Part shown: positions 26,318-36,845 of the stretch, piece by piece
Numbering within the stretch: the stretch's first letter is position 1
How the letters are laid out: every line of letters starts with the position of its first letter
NCBI GenBank assembly: GCA_024226255.1
Contig: JAAELU010000141.1
Coordinates: 23,093 to 87,092 of the forward strand
Direction: 5' to 3'
Length of the DNA stretch: 64,000 nt
From: a bacterium
GTDB lineage: Bacteria > Actinomycetota > Acidimicrobiia > Spongiisociales > UBA5794
The notes under the pieces: generated by a model
What the model saw: the letters and a program-made list of their open reading frames with translations, nothing else
Told to the model about the DNA's origin: nothing
The model's database searches: none
Position numbers and translations under genes: made by a program

Positions 26318-28549
26318 ATGTTGGGCACGCCGCACCGGCCTACCGCACTTGCGGTGCTGACGAGTGGTGGAGACGCCGCCGGTATGAATGCTGCGGTTCG
26401 CGCCGTGGTGCGTTCAGGCCTTGACAAGGGTCTTGATGTTTTTGCCGTCAACGAGGGGTTTCGAGGGCTGGTCGAGGGCTCAATTCACGAAGTCGATTCG
26501 AGCGATGTCGGCGGGATTCTCCATCAGGGGGGGACTGTCCTCGGGACGGCACGGTGCGATGAATTCCGTGAACGCGATGGCCGACGTCGGGCTGCTCATC
26601 ATCTCATTGAGCGTGGCATCGACGCTCTGGTCGTCATCGGTGGAGATGGCAGCCTGACCGGTGCCAATGTGTTTCGGGAGGAGTGGCCTGAGCTACTCGA
26701 CGAACTGGTCGCGGCGGGTTCGATCGATCAGAGCCTGGCGGACGCTCATCGCAGACTGACTCTGGTCGGCCTGGTCGGCTCGATCGACAATGACATGTTC
26801 GGAACCGATATGACGATCGGGTCGGACACGGCCTTGCATCGGATAACTGAGGCCGTGGACGCGATTCACAGCACAGCGTCGAGTCACCAGCGGGCGTTTG
26901 TCATCGAGGTCATGGGTCGCAACTGTGGCTATCTGGCGCTCATGAGCGCAGTATCTGCGGGCGCCAATTGGGTCTTGATTCCCGAGCACCCGCCGGCAGG
27001 CGGCGACTGGGAGGAGGCCATGTGCGATGCGCTCCATGCCGGGCGGGAAATTGGACGCCGTCTCAACCTCGTCATAGTTGCCGAAGGAGCTCGCGACCGA
27101 AGCGGTAACCCGATTACCGCAGAGCAAGTCTCGAACGTACTCGCTGACCGGCTGAACGAGGACGTCCGAGTCACGAGCCTGGGGCATGTGCAGCGCGGGG
27201 GAGCGCCAAGCGCGTTCGATCGCTACCTGAGCACTGTCTTGGGTTACGCCGCGGTCGAACAAGTGGTGACTGCGCCGGGTGGCGATCCACAACTCATCGG
27301 CATCAGGGGCCACCAGATCACAAGTTCGTCCCTTGTTGACTGTGTCAACAAGACCCACGCCCTCGCCGATCTGATCAAGTCGAAGGACTACGAGTCGGCT
27401 ATGGACATGAGGGGTGGAAGCTTCAAGGAGTCGTTCCGGATGCTGCGAACGATGACCCGGGCTCATCCCCATGACCCCGTGCCCGGGCAGCGCCGCTTGC
27501 GCTTGGGGATCCTCCACGGCGGAGGGCCGGCCCCAGGGATGAACACCGCCGTCCGGGTCGCAGTTCGGTCTGGAATCGAGAGTGGCCACACAATGCTCGG
27601 AATCCGCAATGGATTTGAAGGTCTCGTCACCGGCGACATCGAAGAGATGGATTGGATGAGCGTCAACGCCTGGGTCGGCCGCGGCGGTGCCGAGCTAGGC
27701 ACCAACCGCTTCATGCCAGGCGAGGCCGACTTCGAACGTATCGCTGATCAGATCGCTGCCCACAAGATCGATGGGCTGCTGATGATCGGTGGATGGGCCG
27801 GCTACCAGGCTGCATTTGACATCCACTCGCGCAGAGATCAGTTACCAGCCTTGGCTCTTCCGATCGTGTGCCTCCCCGCATCAATCAACAACGATCTTCC
27901 CGGCTCTGAGCTGAGCGTCGGTGCCGACACCGCGCTCAACAGCATCGTGAAGGATGTCGACAAGATCAAACAATCCGCGGTGGCCAGCGGGAGGTGCTTC
28001 GTCGTTGAAGTAATGGGCCACGACTGTGGGTACCTTGCGCTGATGAGCGGCCTCGCCACCGGTGCCGAGCGTGTCTACCTCCCAGAGGAAGGGATCTGGC
28101 TAAGCGATCTGACGACGGACGTTGCCAATCTTGTCACGGGATTCGAGGGCGGCAAACGACTCGGGCTCGTGATCCGCAGCGAGCGGGCCGACGAGGTGTA
28201 CACGACGAGTTTCATCGAAGCCTTATTCGAACGCGAGGGGGGCGACCTGTTCGATGTGCGCGGCGCGATTCTCGGGCACGTGCAGCAGGGCGGAAACCCA
28301 TCGCCGTTTGATCGGATCCAGGCGACGCGCCTGGCATCGAAGAGTGTCGAGGAGCTCATTGAGCAGGCCGAGTCCGACGTACCCGTCAGTTCGTTCATCG
28401 GGTTGAAGCGTGGCAAGCCCAGGCTTACCCGCTTGGCCGAGTTCCCGGACCTCATGGAGTCAGACGTTCATCGCCCGCGCGAGCAGGGTTGGCTTGACCT
28501 GCGGCCCATCGCCAAGGTCATGGCACGTCCCAGCTTTCCGGAGTCATAG
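26318..28549 (+). CDS. pfk: tandem-duplicated 6-phosphofructokinase (two PFK domains fused, 743 aa)
   Basis: GGAGGAG RBS 7 nt before ATG. The N-half has AVLTSGGDAAGMNAAVRAVV plus GSIDNDMFGTDMTIG; the C-half has LGILHGGGPAPGMNTAVRVAV plus ASINNDLPGSELSVG. Confidence 0.85.
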   Translation: MLGTPHRPTALAVLTSGGDAAGMNAAVRAVVRSGLDKGLDVFAVNEGFRGLVEGSIHEVDSSDVGGILHQGGTVLGTARCDEFRERDGRRRAAHHLIERGIDALVVIGGDGSLTGANVFREEWPELLDELVAAGSIDQSLADAHRRLTLVGLVGSIDNDMFGTDMTIGSDTALHRITEAVDAIHSTASSHQRAFVIEVMGRNCGYLALMSAVSAGANWVLIPEHPPAGGDWEEAMCDALHAGREIGRRLNLVIVAEGARDRSGNPITAEQVSNVLADRLNEDVRVTSLGHVQRGGAPSAFDRYLSTVLGYAAVEQVVTAPGGDPQLIGIRGHQITSSSLVDCVNKTHALADLIKSKDYESAMDMRGGSFKESFRMLRTMTRAHPHDPVPGQRRLRLGILHGGGPAPGMNTAVRVAVRSGIESGHTMLGIRNGFEGLVTGDIEEMDWMSVNAWVGRGGAELGTNRFMPGEADFERIADQIAAHKIDGLLMIGGWAGYQAAFDIHSRRDQLPALALPIVCLPASINNDLPGSELSVGADTALNSIVKDVDKIKQSAVASGRCFVVEVMGHDCGYLALMSGLATGAERVYLPEEGIWLSDLTTDVANLVTGFEGGKRLGLVIRSERADEVYTTSFIEALFEREGGDLFDVRGAILGHVQQGGNPSPFDRIQATRLASKSVEELIEQAESDVPVSSFIGLKRGKPRLTRLAEFPDLMESDVHRPREQGWLDLRPIAKVMARPSFPES

Positions 28550-28558
28550 CGTCAGTCG

Positions 28559-29293
28559 CTAGTCGGCTGCCGCGGGAGCCGGTGTCAGGTGCTGGGCAAA
28601 CCAGGCGCCCGCCAACTCGGCAACTCGCTCCAATGCCCCGGGCTCCGCAAATAGGTGAGTGGCGCCTGGCACGATCTCCATCCGGACCGAAGCGCTCGCC
28701 ATCTTTGCCATGGCATCTCGATTCATTCCGATGACCGGCCCATCCTCGCTGCCCACGATCAGCAGAGTCGGCGAGGTGACTACGGCAAGCGTGGCACCGG
28801 CAAGGTCGGGTCTGCCCCCACGAGAGACAACCGCTCCAACGGCGTCACCGAGTTGGGCCGCGGCCGCCAAGGCTGCGGCGGCTCCTGTGCTGGCGCCGAA
28901 GTATCCGATCGGTACTTGCGGATTGTTCGTGTGGGATTTCACGAAGTCGGTGGCGACCAGCAGGCGGTTGGCGAGTAGGTGGATATCGAATCGGTGGTGG
29001 CGGGTGTACCGTTCTTCATGTTCTTCCTCGGCCGTGAGTAAATCCATGAGTAGCGTGCCCAACCCGCGGGCGCGGAGAGCGTCGGCAACCTCCCGATTCC
29101 GCGGACTATGGCGGCTGCTGCCACTGCCATGGGCGAATATCACGACCCCGACCGGTTGATCTGGAACGGTCAGTTCGCCGAGCAGTTCCTTTTCGCCGTA
29201 AGGGATTGAGACGATGTCGTTACCCATGTCCTCTCCAAACGCTGTGCGCTCACCAACAACGTATCCTGTGCGAGAAGCGCAACGTAGGGCCAA
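28559..29293 (-). CDS. dienelactone hydrolase family alpha/beta hydrolase
   Basis: VIFAHGSGSSRHSPRNREVADALRARGLGTLLMDLLT; convergent with pfk. Confidence 0.7.
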   Translation of the reverse strand: MALRCASRTGYVVGERTAFGEDMGNDIVSIPYGEKELLGELTVPDQPVGVVIFAHGSGSSRHSPRNREVADALRARGLGTLLMDLLTAEEEHEERYTRHHRFDIHLLANRLLVATDFVKSHTNNPQVPIGYFGASTGAAAALAAAAQLGDAVGAVVSRGGRPDLAGATLAVVTSPTLLIVGSEDGPVIGMNRDAMAKMASASVRMEIVPGATHLFAEPGALERVAELAGAWFAQHLTPAPAAAD

Positions 29294-29393
29294 ACGACAT
29301 CAACGTGACTAGCTTGCGATGGAACCGGACGAATGATCCTGCACACAGAGAGTGGTTGTGTCCTACAATGAGTGTGCAGAGGAGGAGGTACTA

Positions 29394-29693
29394 GTGGAGA
29401 CGACAAACGAGGGTTTCGAGGCCGTCGAGTTCCGGGAGCCGGCACTTCAGCCCGGTGAACGGTATACGGGTCCCACCGAAACATCGCTCGGGAGATTTGA
29501 CGTAGAGCAGGATGCGATTGGCGTCGCCCGTGAAGCATGGCAGGGGTTCCTCGCCAATCCGACCAAGGATGTGGCCTGGTGGCTCGTGCGCGCCCAAGGA
29601 GAAGAACTCGCCAGGTGGATCGCGGAGAGCCGCAGCGATGTCGAACGAGTACTCGATCTGACGACAAATCAGCTGGTAGCCGTCCGCCGCTAG
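29394..29693 (+). CDS. hypothetical protein (99 aa)
   Basis: AGGAGG-N5-GTG start. The upstream promoter-like TACAAT (29364-29369) is bracketed by the inverted repeat CTGCACAC (29339-46) / GTGTGCAG (29372-79). Confidence 0.5.
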   Translation: METTNEGFEAVEFREPALQPGERYTGPTETSLGRFDVEQDAIGVAREAWQGFLANPTKDVAWWLVRAQGEELARWIAESRSDVERVLDLTTNQLVAVRR

Positions 29694-29810
29694 GTCTGCC
29701 GCTCCCGCTAGATATCGCCCGGTATCTAGTCGCTATCCTTGCGGGTGAATGCCGATTGGCGATGCCCCCGGGCAGAGCCGCTCGTAATAACTACCCCAGA
29801 AGGAGCTGCT

Positions 29811-31583
29811 GTGGCCGCCGAAACCATTCCTCATAAGGTACTGCTCAACGGCCAGCGCTCACCAGGCAGTCCTGCCTACCACGTGCGCGAGGACGGCACC
29901 TGGAAGGCGACCTCGTGGGGGACATACTCCGAAGAGGTGCGTACCGCGGCCAAGGCCCTCATCGCCCTCGGTCTCGACGTCGGGCAACCGGTAGCAATCC
30001 TCGGATTCAACCGTCCTGAGTGGGTCATCTTCGATGTTGCCGCCATGGCGATCGGGGGAGTGCCGGCAGGGATCTACACCACCAACTCACCGGCCGAATG
30101 CCAATACATCATCGGCCATTCCGAGGCCCCCGTCGTGCTCCTCGAGAATGAAGAGCAGTGGCTCAAGATCAACGAGGTTCGGGCTGAGCTTCCCAACCTT
30201 CGTCATGTTGTGATGATGAAGGGCACCGAGATCGACGACGAGCTGGTCATGTCATGGGACGAGTTCATGGCGAAGGGCGCCGACGCGACCGACGACGATC
30301 TGCAGTCACGCCTGGACAGCCTCGAGATGGATCAGCTGGCAACACTGATCTACACATCCGGTACAACCGGTCCCCCCAAGGGTGTGATGCTGTCTCACGA
30401 CAACCTGGCGTGGACGGCCGGTCAGGTAGTGCAGATGTTCTCCGTGGTCAGCAGCGACACCACAGTCAGCTACCTGCCGCTCAGCCACATTGCAGAGCAG
30501 ATCTTTTCGATCCACGTGCCATCGACCGCAGGTGGCTCGGTGTATTACGCAGAGTCGATCGACAAGCTCGCCGACAATCTCGGAGAAGTGCAGCCCACGA
30601 TCTTGTTCGGTGTGCCCAGGGTGTGGGAACGATTCCACGCCGGGGTGGCCGCCAAGCTTGCCGAGGCCACCGGGGCCAAGGCGAAGATTGCCGACTGGGC
30701 ACTCGGTACGGTCTCCAAGGTCACGGCGCTGCGGTGTGAGGGCAAGGAACCGTCGGGCTTGCTGGCTGGTCAGTACGCGATCGCCAAGAAGCTGGTTATC
30801 GACAAAGTCAAGCCTGCGCTCGGCATGAAGAACGCACGGGTCCTTGGTGTCGGCGCGGCGCCGATTGCCGCCGAGGTGTTGGAGTTCTTCGGCAGCCTCG
30901 ATCTGATCATCCATGAGGTATACGGCCAGTCCGAGGACACTGGTCCGACCACAACGAACCGACCCGGCAAGGTCCACTTCGGCAGCGTCGGCCCCAACTT
31001 CCCGGGAGTCGACGTGATGATCGCCGACGATGGCGAAATCCTCGTCAAGGGTCGCAACGTCTTCCTCGGCTACTTCAAGGACGAAGCTGCCACCAAAGAG
31101 GCCCTGGTCGACGGAGTCCTGTATTCAGGGGACCTCGGCCAATTCGATGAGAACGGCATGCTGTGGATCACCGGTCGCAAGAAGGACATCATCATCACCG
31201 CCGGTGGCAAGAACGTCGCGCCGCAGCCGCTCGAGGGTGGCCTCAAGACTCACAGGCTGGTCAGTGAGGTCGTCGTGATCGGCGACCGCCGCAAGTTCCT
31301 CTCGGCACTGGTGACATTGGATGAGGACGTGGCCGCCGAGTTCTGTGCCGAGCACAACATCGCCGAGCCGCCGCACGAGTCCGAACAAGTGCGCAAAGAG
31401 GTCGAATCTGCCGTTGATGAGCTCAACAAGAACTTCGCCCGTGTTGAGCAGATCAAGAAGTTCACGGTGCTTGCCAGGCAGCTATCGATCGAAGGTGGCG
31501 AGTTGACCCCGACCTTGAAGGTCAAACGCAACCGAGTTGCGGAGCACTTCGCCACCGAAATCGACGCGATGTACGAGGACTAG
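29811..31583 (+). CDS. long-chain fatty-acid-CoA ligase (AMP-binding, FACL/FadD15-like)
   Basis: LIYTSGTTGPPKGVMLSHDNL AMP-binding motif; YGQSE; GDLGQFDENGMLWITGRKKD; GAAGG RBS before GTG 29811. Confidence 0.85.
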   Translation: MAAETIPHKVLLNGQRSPGSPAYHVREDGTWKATSWGTYSEEVRTAAKALIALGLDVGQPVAILGFNRPEWVIFDVAAMAIGGVPAGIYTTNSPAECQYIIGHSEAPVVLLENEEQWLKINEVRAELPNLRHVVMMKGTEIDDELVMSWDEFMAKGADATDDDLQSRLDSLEMDQLATLIYTSGTTGPPKGVMLSHDNLAWTAGQVVQMFSVVSSDTTVSYLPLSHIAEQIFSIHVPSTAGGSVYYAESIDKLADNLGEVQPTILFGVPRVWERFHAGVAAKLAEATGAKAKIADWALGTVSKVTALRCEGKEPSGLLAGQYAIAKKLVIDKVKPALGMKNARVLGVGAAPIAAEVLEFFGSLDLIIHEVYGQSEDTGPTTTNRPGKVHFGSVGPNFPGVDVMIADDGEILVKGRNVFLGYFKDEAATKEALVDGVLYSGDLGQFDENGMLWITGRKKDIIITAGGKNVAPQPLEGGLKTHRLVSEVVVIGDRRKFLSALVTLDEDVAAEFCAEHNIAEPPHESEQVRKEVESAVDELNKNFARVEQIKKFTVLARQLSIEGGELTPTLKVKRNRVAEHFATEIDAMYED

Positions 31584-31634
31584 AGGATTCCTCGAAACGT
31601 ACTCGAAGTCACCGGCCACGGTTAGCATCGCCTG

Positions 31635-32240
31635 ATGGAAACAAGTTCAAATGTCATCGAAATCAGCGATGTCGCGCTCAACCAGATAATCGAGCTGCGC
31701 AATGCTGAAACAATCCCGGGCCTTGCGCTAGGGCTCAGGGTCGCCGGTGTGGGGGCCAACGGGTTCGTCTACGAGACCGCGTTCGTGCGGCCCGAAGATG
31801 TCAATGAGGGCGACCACGTCGAAAAGCATGGCGACCTTCCGGTGGCAATCCCAACCACGAGTGTTGATCAGCTCAAAGGTTCGATTCTCGATATCACCGA
31901 GGCGGGCGGACTTGTCATTCGCAACCCGAATCCGGCTACGCCCCAGTTGACCACTGAAGGGGCGCCGATCGAGCTCACCGGGACCGTTGAGGAACGAATC
32001 ACTCAACTTCTCGAGGCACACATCAACCCGGCTATCGCCTCGCATGGTGGGTTCGTGAGACTGCTCGGGGTGGATGGCTCTGTCGCCCAACTCGAAATGG
32101 GTGGCGGCTGCCAAGGGTGTGGGCTTGCTGCGATGACCCTGCGTGACGGAATCGAGTCGGCGATCAAGCACAACATCCCGGAGATCGATGAGGTTGTGGA
32201 CTCCACCGATCACATGGCGGGCACGAACCCGTATTACTAA
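31635..32240 (+). CDS. NfuA-like Fe-S cluster carrier (A-type-like N-domain plus Nfu C-domain)
   Basis: C-terminal LEMGGGCQGCGLAAMTLRDGIE CxxC Nfu motif; the N-terminal HesB-like domain lacks Cys. Confidence 0.65.
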   Translation: METSSNVIEISDVALNQIIELRNAETIPGLALGLRVAGVGANGFVYETAFVRPEDVNEGDHVEKHGDLPVAIPTTSVDQLKGSILDITEAGGLVIRNPNPATPQLTTEGAPIELTGTVEERITQLLEAHINPAIASHGGFVRLLGVDGSVAQLEMGGGCQGCGLAAMTLRDGIESAIKHNIPEIDEVVDSTDHMAGTNPYY

Positions 32241-32410
32241 AGGACGCGCGGCTCGCGAGGGTTGGGCGTTGCTACCTGATACATGACGGAGTCGCCTCAA
32301 ACATGAACGCCCCCGAAGTGAATCGGGGGCGTTCACTCGTGGCTAGGGGCGGCGCTGTCGTGCAGCCGTGCGCGTGCGGGCCATTCGAAGGGCACCGACC
32401 CCGCCTCGAT

Positions 32411-33808
32411 CTATGCGGTTCGGGCTGCGCGGTCCTCGGCCGACTCGGAGCGGGTGCCGCCGTTGCGGGAGGCGCCGCGGATCGCGTTGGCTGCAGCCAG
32501 AGCGCTCCTTCCGGCCTCGTTGCCGATGCGAGGCAACTTCGCCGACCGTCGTGAGTAGTAGGAGCCCTTGCGGCCGCTCATACCCTCTCCATCGCTTGTC
32601 CCTCCGGAGGAGACCCCCGCTGCTACCGGCTCGCGCTCAGGCACGCTTGCAGGCTCTGCCGGGACGTCAGCCGCTTCCTCGTTTGTCGAGGCCGGCGTCA
32701 TTTCTGCTGTCGACTCATCCTCGGCCGGCGCTTCTTCCGGCACCTCGTCAACGGCGTTCTGCGTGATTGGTGCCTCGGTAGTCTGCGGGGCGTAGGCGGT
32801 TGCTTCGGCCTCAGCCTGAGCCATCGCCTCGGCAACAGCCTTCGCCTCGGCCATGGCTGCTTCCTCGGTTGTTTCGGCCTTGGCGACCTTCTCCGCCTTA
32901 TCTGCGATTGCCTCTACAGGGGCGTCGGCGGACGCTGCTGCCTTGCTGGCGGACTCGAGCTCGGCTGCCGCGGCCTCGGCCGCTTGCTGGATTAGCTCTG
33001 GCCGGACGCTGGGCCGAGCCTTGCGCGCCGGTGGCTCTGTGGCCGACTCAGCGGGAGCCGCGCCGGCAGGGGCTGGTGCTGTTGTGGCCGGAGGAGGCTG
33101 CGGAGGTGTCTCTGTCGCCGTCGGCGTCGGCATCTGGCCGATACCGCCGGTAGCGATCGCCCGTAGCTGGGCGTCGAGGTTGGCGGCCGTGGAGCGCAGC
33201 ACTTCGATCCGTGCCGACAGCTCCGCCTCTTCCGCGTCATAGTTGCTCCGCATTTCGACGAGCGCAGCCTCGTGAGCTGCGAGCAGGCTCGCCGTGTCGG
33301 TCTCCACCGAATTGATCATTTCGACTGCCTCACGACGGGCGGCATCCCGAGTTGCGTCGGCAGCCGCCTCAGCCTTGTCGGCGAGCTCCTTCGCTTCGTC
33401 GCGGGCCATGGTGCTGGTCTCCTCCGCCGACTGGCGAGCATCCGCAACAAGGCGGAATGCTTCCTTCTTCGCCTCGGCGAGGAGTTCGTCAGCCTGCTCC
33501 TTGGAGCGGCTGAGAGTCAGGTCAGCCTTCTCTTGGGAACGACTCAGGGTGGCGTCAGCGTCGCGCTGCGCGTTGACAAGCAGTTCTTCTTTGGTCTTGG
33601 TGGCGGCAACCAGGGTGAGATGAACGGCTTCTTCGCGGCTGTGGGCCTCGGCCAGGTCACGCTCGAGACCGACGTAACGCGCCTCGGCAGTAGCAATCCT
33701 CTCGGCGAGGGCGCGCTGGACTTGCTGCAGATGGGCCGCCACGGCGTTGGGGTCATACCCTCGTCGCACAACAGGGAAATCGGGCTGGCTCGGCTGGTTG
33801 TCTGGCAT
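32411..33808 (-). CDS. DivIVA-domain coiled-coil protein with an Ala/Glu/Pro-rich C-terminal extension
   Basis: N-terminal FPVVRRGYDPNAVAAHLQQV DivIVA motif; long heptad-rich coiled coil; low-complexity tail. Confidence 0.7.
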   Translation of the reverse strand: MPDNQPSQPDFPVVRRGYDPNAVAAHLQQVQRALAERIATAEARYVGLERDLAEAHSREEAVHLTLVAATKTKEELLVNAQRDADATLSRSQEKADLTLSRSKEQADELLAEAKKEAFRLVADARQSAEETSTMARDEAKELADKAEAAADATRDAARREAVEMINSVETDTASLLAAHEAALVEMRSNYDAEEAELSARIEVLRSTAANLDAQLRAIATGGIGQMPTPTATETPPQPPPATTAPAPAGAAPAESATEPPARKARPSVRPELIQQAAEAAAAELESASKAAASADAPVEAIADKAEKVAKAETTEEAAMAEAKAVAEAMAQAEAEATAYAPQTTEAPITQNAVDEVPEEAPAEDESTAEMTPASTNEEAADVPAEPASVPEREPVAAGVSSGGTSDGEGMSGRKGSYYSRRSAKLPRIGNEAGRSALAAANAIRGASRNGGTRSESAEDRAARTA

Positions 33809-33901
33809 CTGACCCTCTGACGTGGTGGTTCAGGCGTCCCCACACCTACCTGCCTATGCCCACGGTGAGTGTATCAGTAGTTACGCTCTGTGGTCAATGC
33901 C

Positions 33902-36298
33902 TTATTCCAAAAGACCTGCGTCGCTGACAAGGGTCAGCGTGTCGATCGTCTTCAGATGTTCGACGACCAGTCGCAGTTCTTCTGCGAAGGCTGTCCTCAG
34001 CTCGACTGTGTCGGGCGCCTGTTTGAACAGTTTTCGATTCTCGGCCAGCTGGATGGCCGCGGCAAACAGCACCTGCGACACCGATTCCGGGGTGTGGATG
34101 CGCCCCTGGAGGGAATACTGCATTCCTAGATCCATCGCACGTTTGCCCAATTCGTCTTTGTCGATCTGTGAGCTGTATGCGTCTGCCTCAATCAGGTCAC
34201 CGATTACGCGGTAGGCCTCCAAGAACGGCCGCAGGACAACGTGCGACAGGAAGGGCTGGAAGGAGCGGAGAACTGCGTCGACTTCGCCGGCCGCCAAGTG
34301 GTCGCGCCACTGGGGGTCGTGAAACATCAGCTCAGCACGTATTTGATCAGCGAACTCCTCGGTCGGAGCGAAGAAGAACTCGAACTTGAGTAGATCGCGC
34401 AATTCCAGCGCTTGCGCAATTACGGCTTCGAGTGAGCTGGCCCCGTTGGAGTTGCGCACGGCAATTACGGCCAGTTCGGTTATTGCGGCGCTAAGGAAGT
34501 GGTGGATGATTGTATTGCGGTAATACGCCGCTGCCAGATGTTGCTCCGGGCCGATCGCATAGACCGTGTCCGTCGCCCCTTCGAAGCGGGTAACCACACC
34601 ATGGTCGGTGAGGTTGTCGAGAGCCAGCTTGACGCGATCCGGATTCTCGAGATGGAGCTTCTCAGTCGTCGGCAGGTCACGCAGTCGCACGTATTCGAGG
34701 TACGGCTCGAGGACGCCCATGACTTCATCGAGCGTCAGGGAACGATTGTTCACGCTCAAAAGCGCCAGTGTTACGAGCGAGATGGGCGTGATTGGTGTGA
34801 CCTCGTTGATGCGGTTGGCAATCTCGAAGGCCAGCTTGGGCACCACCGGAGATCGATGATCCTCAGCGTCCTCCGGCATCTCAGGCTGCTCGGAGAGAAA
34901 CGAACTGAGGGCGAGCGGGGCTCCAAAGCGAAGATGGGCCCCGCCGTAGCGACGTCGCAAGGATCTGACGGTTCGAACCAGCCATCCGACACTCTCGCTC
35001 TGCTTGCGTCCGCCGGCCGCTTCGCCCGCGTAAGAGCCCACATCTTGGATCTGGTCGTATGCGATCGACACTGGGATGAAGATCACGTCATCAACCGAAC
35101 CGCGCGTTGCCGAGTCAACGACATACGCCAGCATCCCGAGTCGAGGTGCCCGTAGTTTGCCGGAGCGGGACCGGCCCCCCTCGAGGTACCACTCCAGAGG
35201 GAATCGTTTCTCGAGCAGGTAGTCGACGTACTCACGGAGCGCGAACTTGTACGGCTCGTTGTCCTTGAACTCACGCCGGATGAAGAACACACCGCTGCGT
35301 CGCAGCAGTGGCCCAATCGGGAAGAAGTTCATGTTGATCCCGCCGGCGGTGTGATTGGGTGGCAGCTCATTCTCGAACAGGACGTACTGCAGGAGCAGAT
35401 GGTCGAAATTCGATTTATGTGATGGGAGAAAGACCAACGGGTACTGCTGGCTCATGGTGTAGAGGGCGCGCAGTTCCTCGTCGTCGTAATTGATGTCGAC
35501 ATAGGCCTTTGTGATCAGCCAGTGGAAGCCTCCAGTGACCAGGTCGATCACGTATGGCGAGTGGGTCGCGGCGATCTCCTTCACGTAGCGGCGAACTCGG
35601 GTCGTCATCTGTTCGTACGAGACGCCGTTATGGGTCGCCAACGGAGTAACGCCGCGGGCGAAGCTGGGCCGCTCAATCAAAGACTCTGTCGGGAATTTGG
35701 GCACCTTGTATCTCGAGCCGCGCAGCTCCCGTTCAGCTCGTTCGAGTGCCAGCCACGCTCGCAGTGCGGTGAATTCGCCGAGACCGTTGCCGGCGAGGTG
35801 GCCACGCGGATCGGTCTCCCACAGCTCACGAAGATCGGCTGCCCGCCCTGTCTGGCCCATGACGATGCGCAGCCGTTCCGGATGCATCCGGTACGTCACA
35901 TGCTGGCGGAACGGATCGGGATCGCGGGGATCGCCGAAGATCAGCATGTCGCGCAGCCCGACGGTGCGCTTGCCGTCTCGTTTCGATGTCGGGAGCCATG
36001 CAACCCGGATCGGCACGAGAAGGGGGTTCTCGCCGGTGGCGGCGGTGAAAGCTTCGAGGCGACCGTCGAATCTGCGCCGTCGTCTGCGGCGGCGTGTCTG
36101 GGGCAATGTCGCCATCTGGACGTGCCCGGGCGAGATATCGGGAGGTCGATGGCGCTCGATCCATCCCTCGAGCACCTTGCGCTCCAAACCGCCGCTCTCC
36201 TCAATGAGGAAGACGATCGGTCCGTCGCCTTCAGGCCACAACGGCTCATCGATCAGGGCGAGACCTGTGTAGGCGGAGTCATGCTTCTGGGCGGTCAC
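33902..36298 (-). CDS. plsB: glycerol-3-phosphate acyltransferase PlsB
   Basis: HxxxxD acyltransferase motif SHKSNFDHLLL; FIRREF; EGGRSRSGKLRAPRLGML; about 800 aa, typical of PlsB. Confidence 0.85.
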   Translation of the reverse strand: MTAQKHDSAYTGLALIDEPLWPEGDGPIVFLIEESGGLERKVLEGWIERHRPPDISPGHVQMATLPQTRRRRRRRRFDGRLEAFTAATGENPLLVPIRVAWLPTSKRDGKRTVGLRDMLIFGDPRDPDPFRQHVTYRMHPERLRIVMGQTGRAADLRELWETDPRGHLAGNGLGEFTALRAWLALERAERELRGSRYKVPKFPTESLIERPSFARGVTPLATHNGVSYEQMTTRVRRYVKEIAATHSPYVIDLVTGGFHWLITKAYVDINYDDEELRALYTMSQQYPLVFLPSHKSNFDHLLLQYVLFENELPPNHTAGGINMNFFPIGPLLRRSGVFFIRREFKDNEPYKFALREYVDYLLEKRFPLEWYLEGGRSRSGKLRAPRLGMLAYVVDSATRGSVDDVIFIPVSIAYDQIQDVGSYAGEAAGGRKQSESVGWLVRTVRSLRRRYGGAHLRFGAPLALSSFLSEQPEMPEDAEDHRSPVVPKLAFEIANRINEVTPITPISLVTLALLSVNNRSLTLDEVMGVLEPYLEYVRLRDLPTTEKLHLENPDRVKLALDNLTDHGVVTRFEGATDTVYAIGPEQHLAAAYYRNTIIHHFLSAAITELAVIAVRNSNGASSLEAVIAQALELRDLLKFEFFFAPTEEFADQIRAELMFHDPQWRDHLAAGEVDAVLRSFQPFLSHVVLRPFLEAYRVIGDLIEADAYSSQIDKDELGKRAMDLGMQYSLQGRIHTPESVSQVLFAAAIQLAENRKLFKQAPDTVELRTAFAEELRLVVEHLKTIDTLTLVSDAGLLE

Positions 36299-36340
36299 GG
36301 GAGTGATTGTAAATGGACCCGATGTGAGAATGTGCGAGGC

Positions 36341-36470
36341 CAGTTGTCAGTTACCAGTTGTCAGTTACCAGTTGTCAGTTACCAGTTGTCAGTTATCAGT
36401 TGTCGGTCGCCAGTTGCCGGCTACCGGTTACAAGATTTCGACTGGTAACTGATAACTGGCAACTCATAAC
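36341..36470. repeat. Tandem 14-bp repeat (CAGTTGT CAGTTAC, about 6 units) followed by an inverted copy, giving a large imperfect hairpin, 43-170 bp upstream of the plsB start
   Basis: cagttgtcagttac is repeated contiguously at 36341-36424 with decay in the last two units. 36441-36470 is the reverse complement of about two units. Confidence 0.85.
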
Positions 36471-36543
36471 TCTCTGACTCTGGCATGGCGCGAATGAGGC
36501 CCGGCACAACCGGGCCTCATCTTCATTGATGTGAGTTGTTGTG

Positions 36544-36786
36544 TCAGTCGCCGCCGAGGAGGCCACCGAGGGCGTCCTTGGCCTTGTCGAGAAGGCCGCC
36601 GCCATCGTCATCGCCGTCATCGCCGCCATCGTCATCGCCACCGCCGAGCAGCTTGCTGACCTGATCGCCGAGAGGCCCGGGGAGCTTGTCACCGAGGAAG
36701 TCCGCTACTCCGGATACGACCGACTTGATCTGATCGACACCGAGTCCCGTCTTTTCCTGAAGTTGCTTGATCAGTTCGTCCACCAT
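36544..36786 (-). CDS. small acidic Gly/Asp-rich protein (80 aa)
   Basis: MVDELIKQLQEKTGLGVDQIKSVVSGVADFLGDKLPG... followed by GGGDDDGGDDGDDDGGG. Codon usage is coding-like; the antisense ORF 36541-36822 is rejected. Confidence 0.55.
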   Translation of the reverse strand: MVDELIKQLQEKTGLGVDQIKSVVSGVADFLGDKLPGPLGDQVSKLLGGGDDDGGDDGDDDGGGLLDKAKDALGGLLGGD

Positions 36787-36845
36787 GCCTCCTGTAACTG
36801 GCTGGAATCACCGCCATTGTAAAGGAAGGAACTGGATCGGATTCC

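Noticed and set aside
36341-36470. Possible CRISPR array (regular short repeats).
   Set aside because: Units are contiguous 14-mers with no spacers; no cas genes are present. It is a minisatellite or hairpin.
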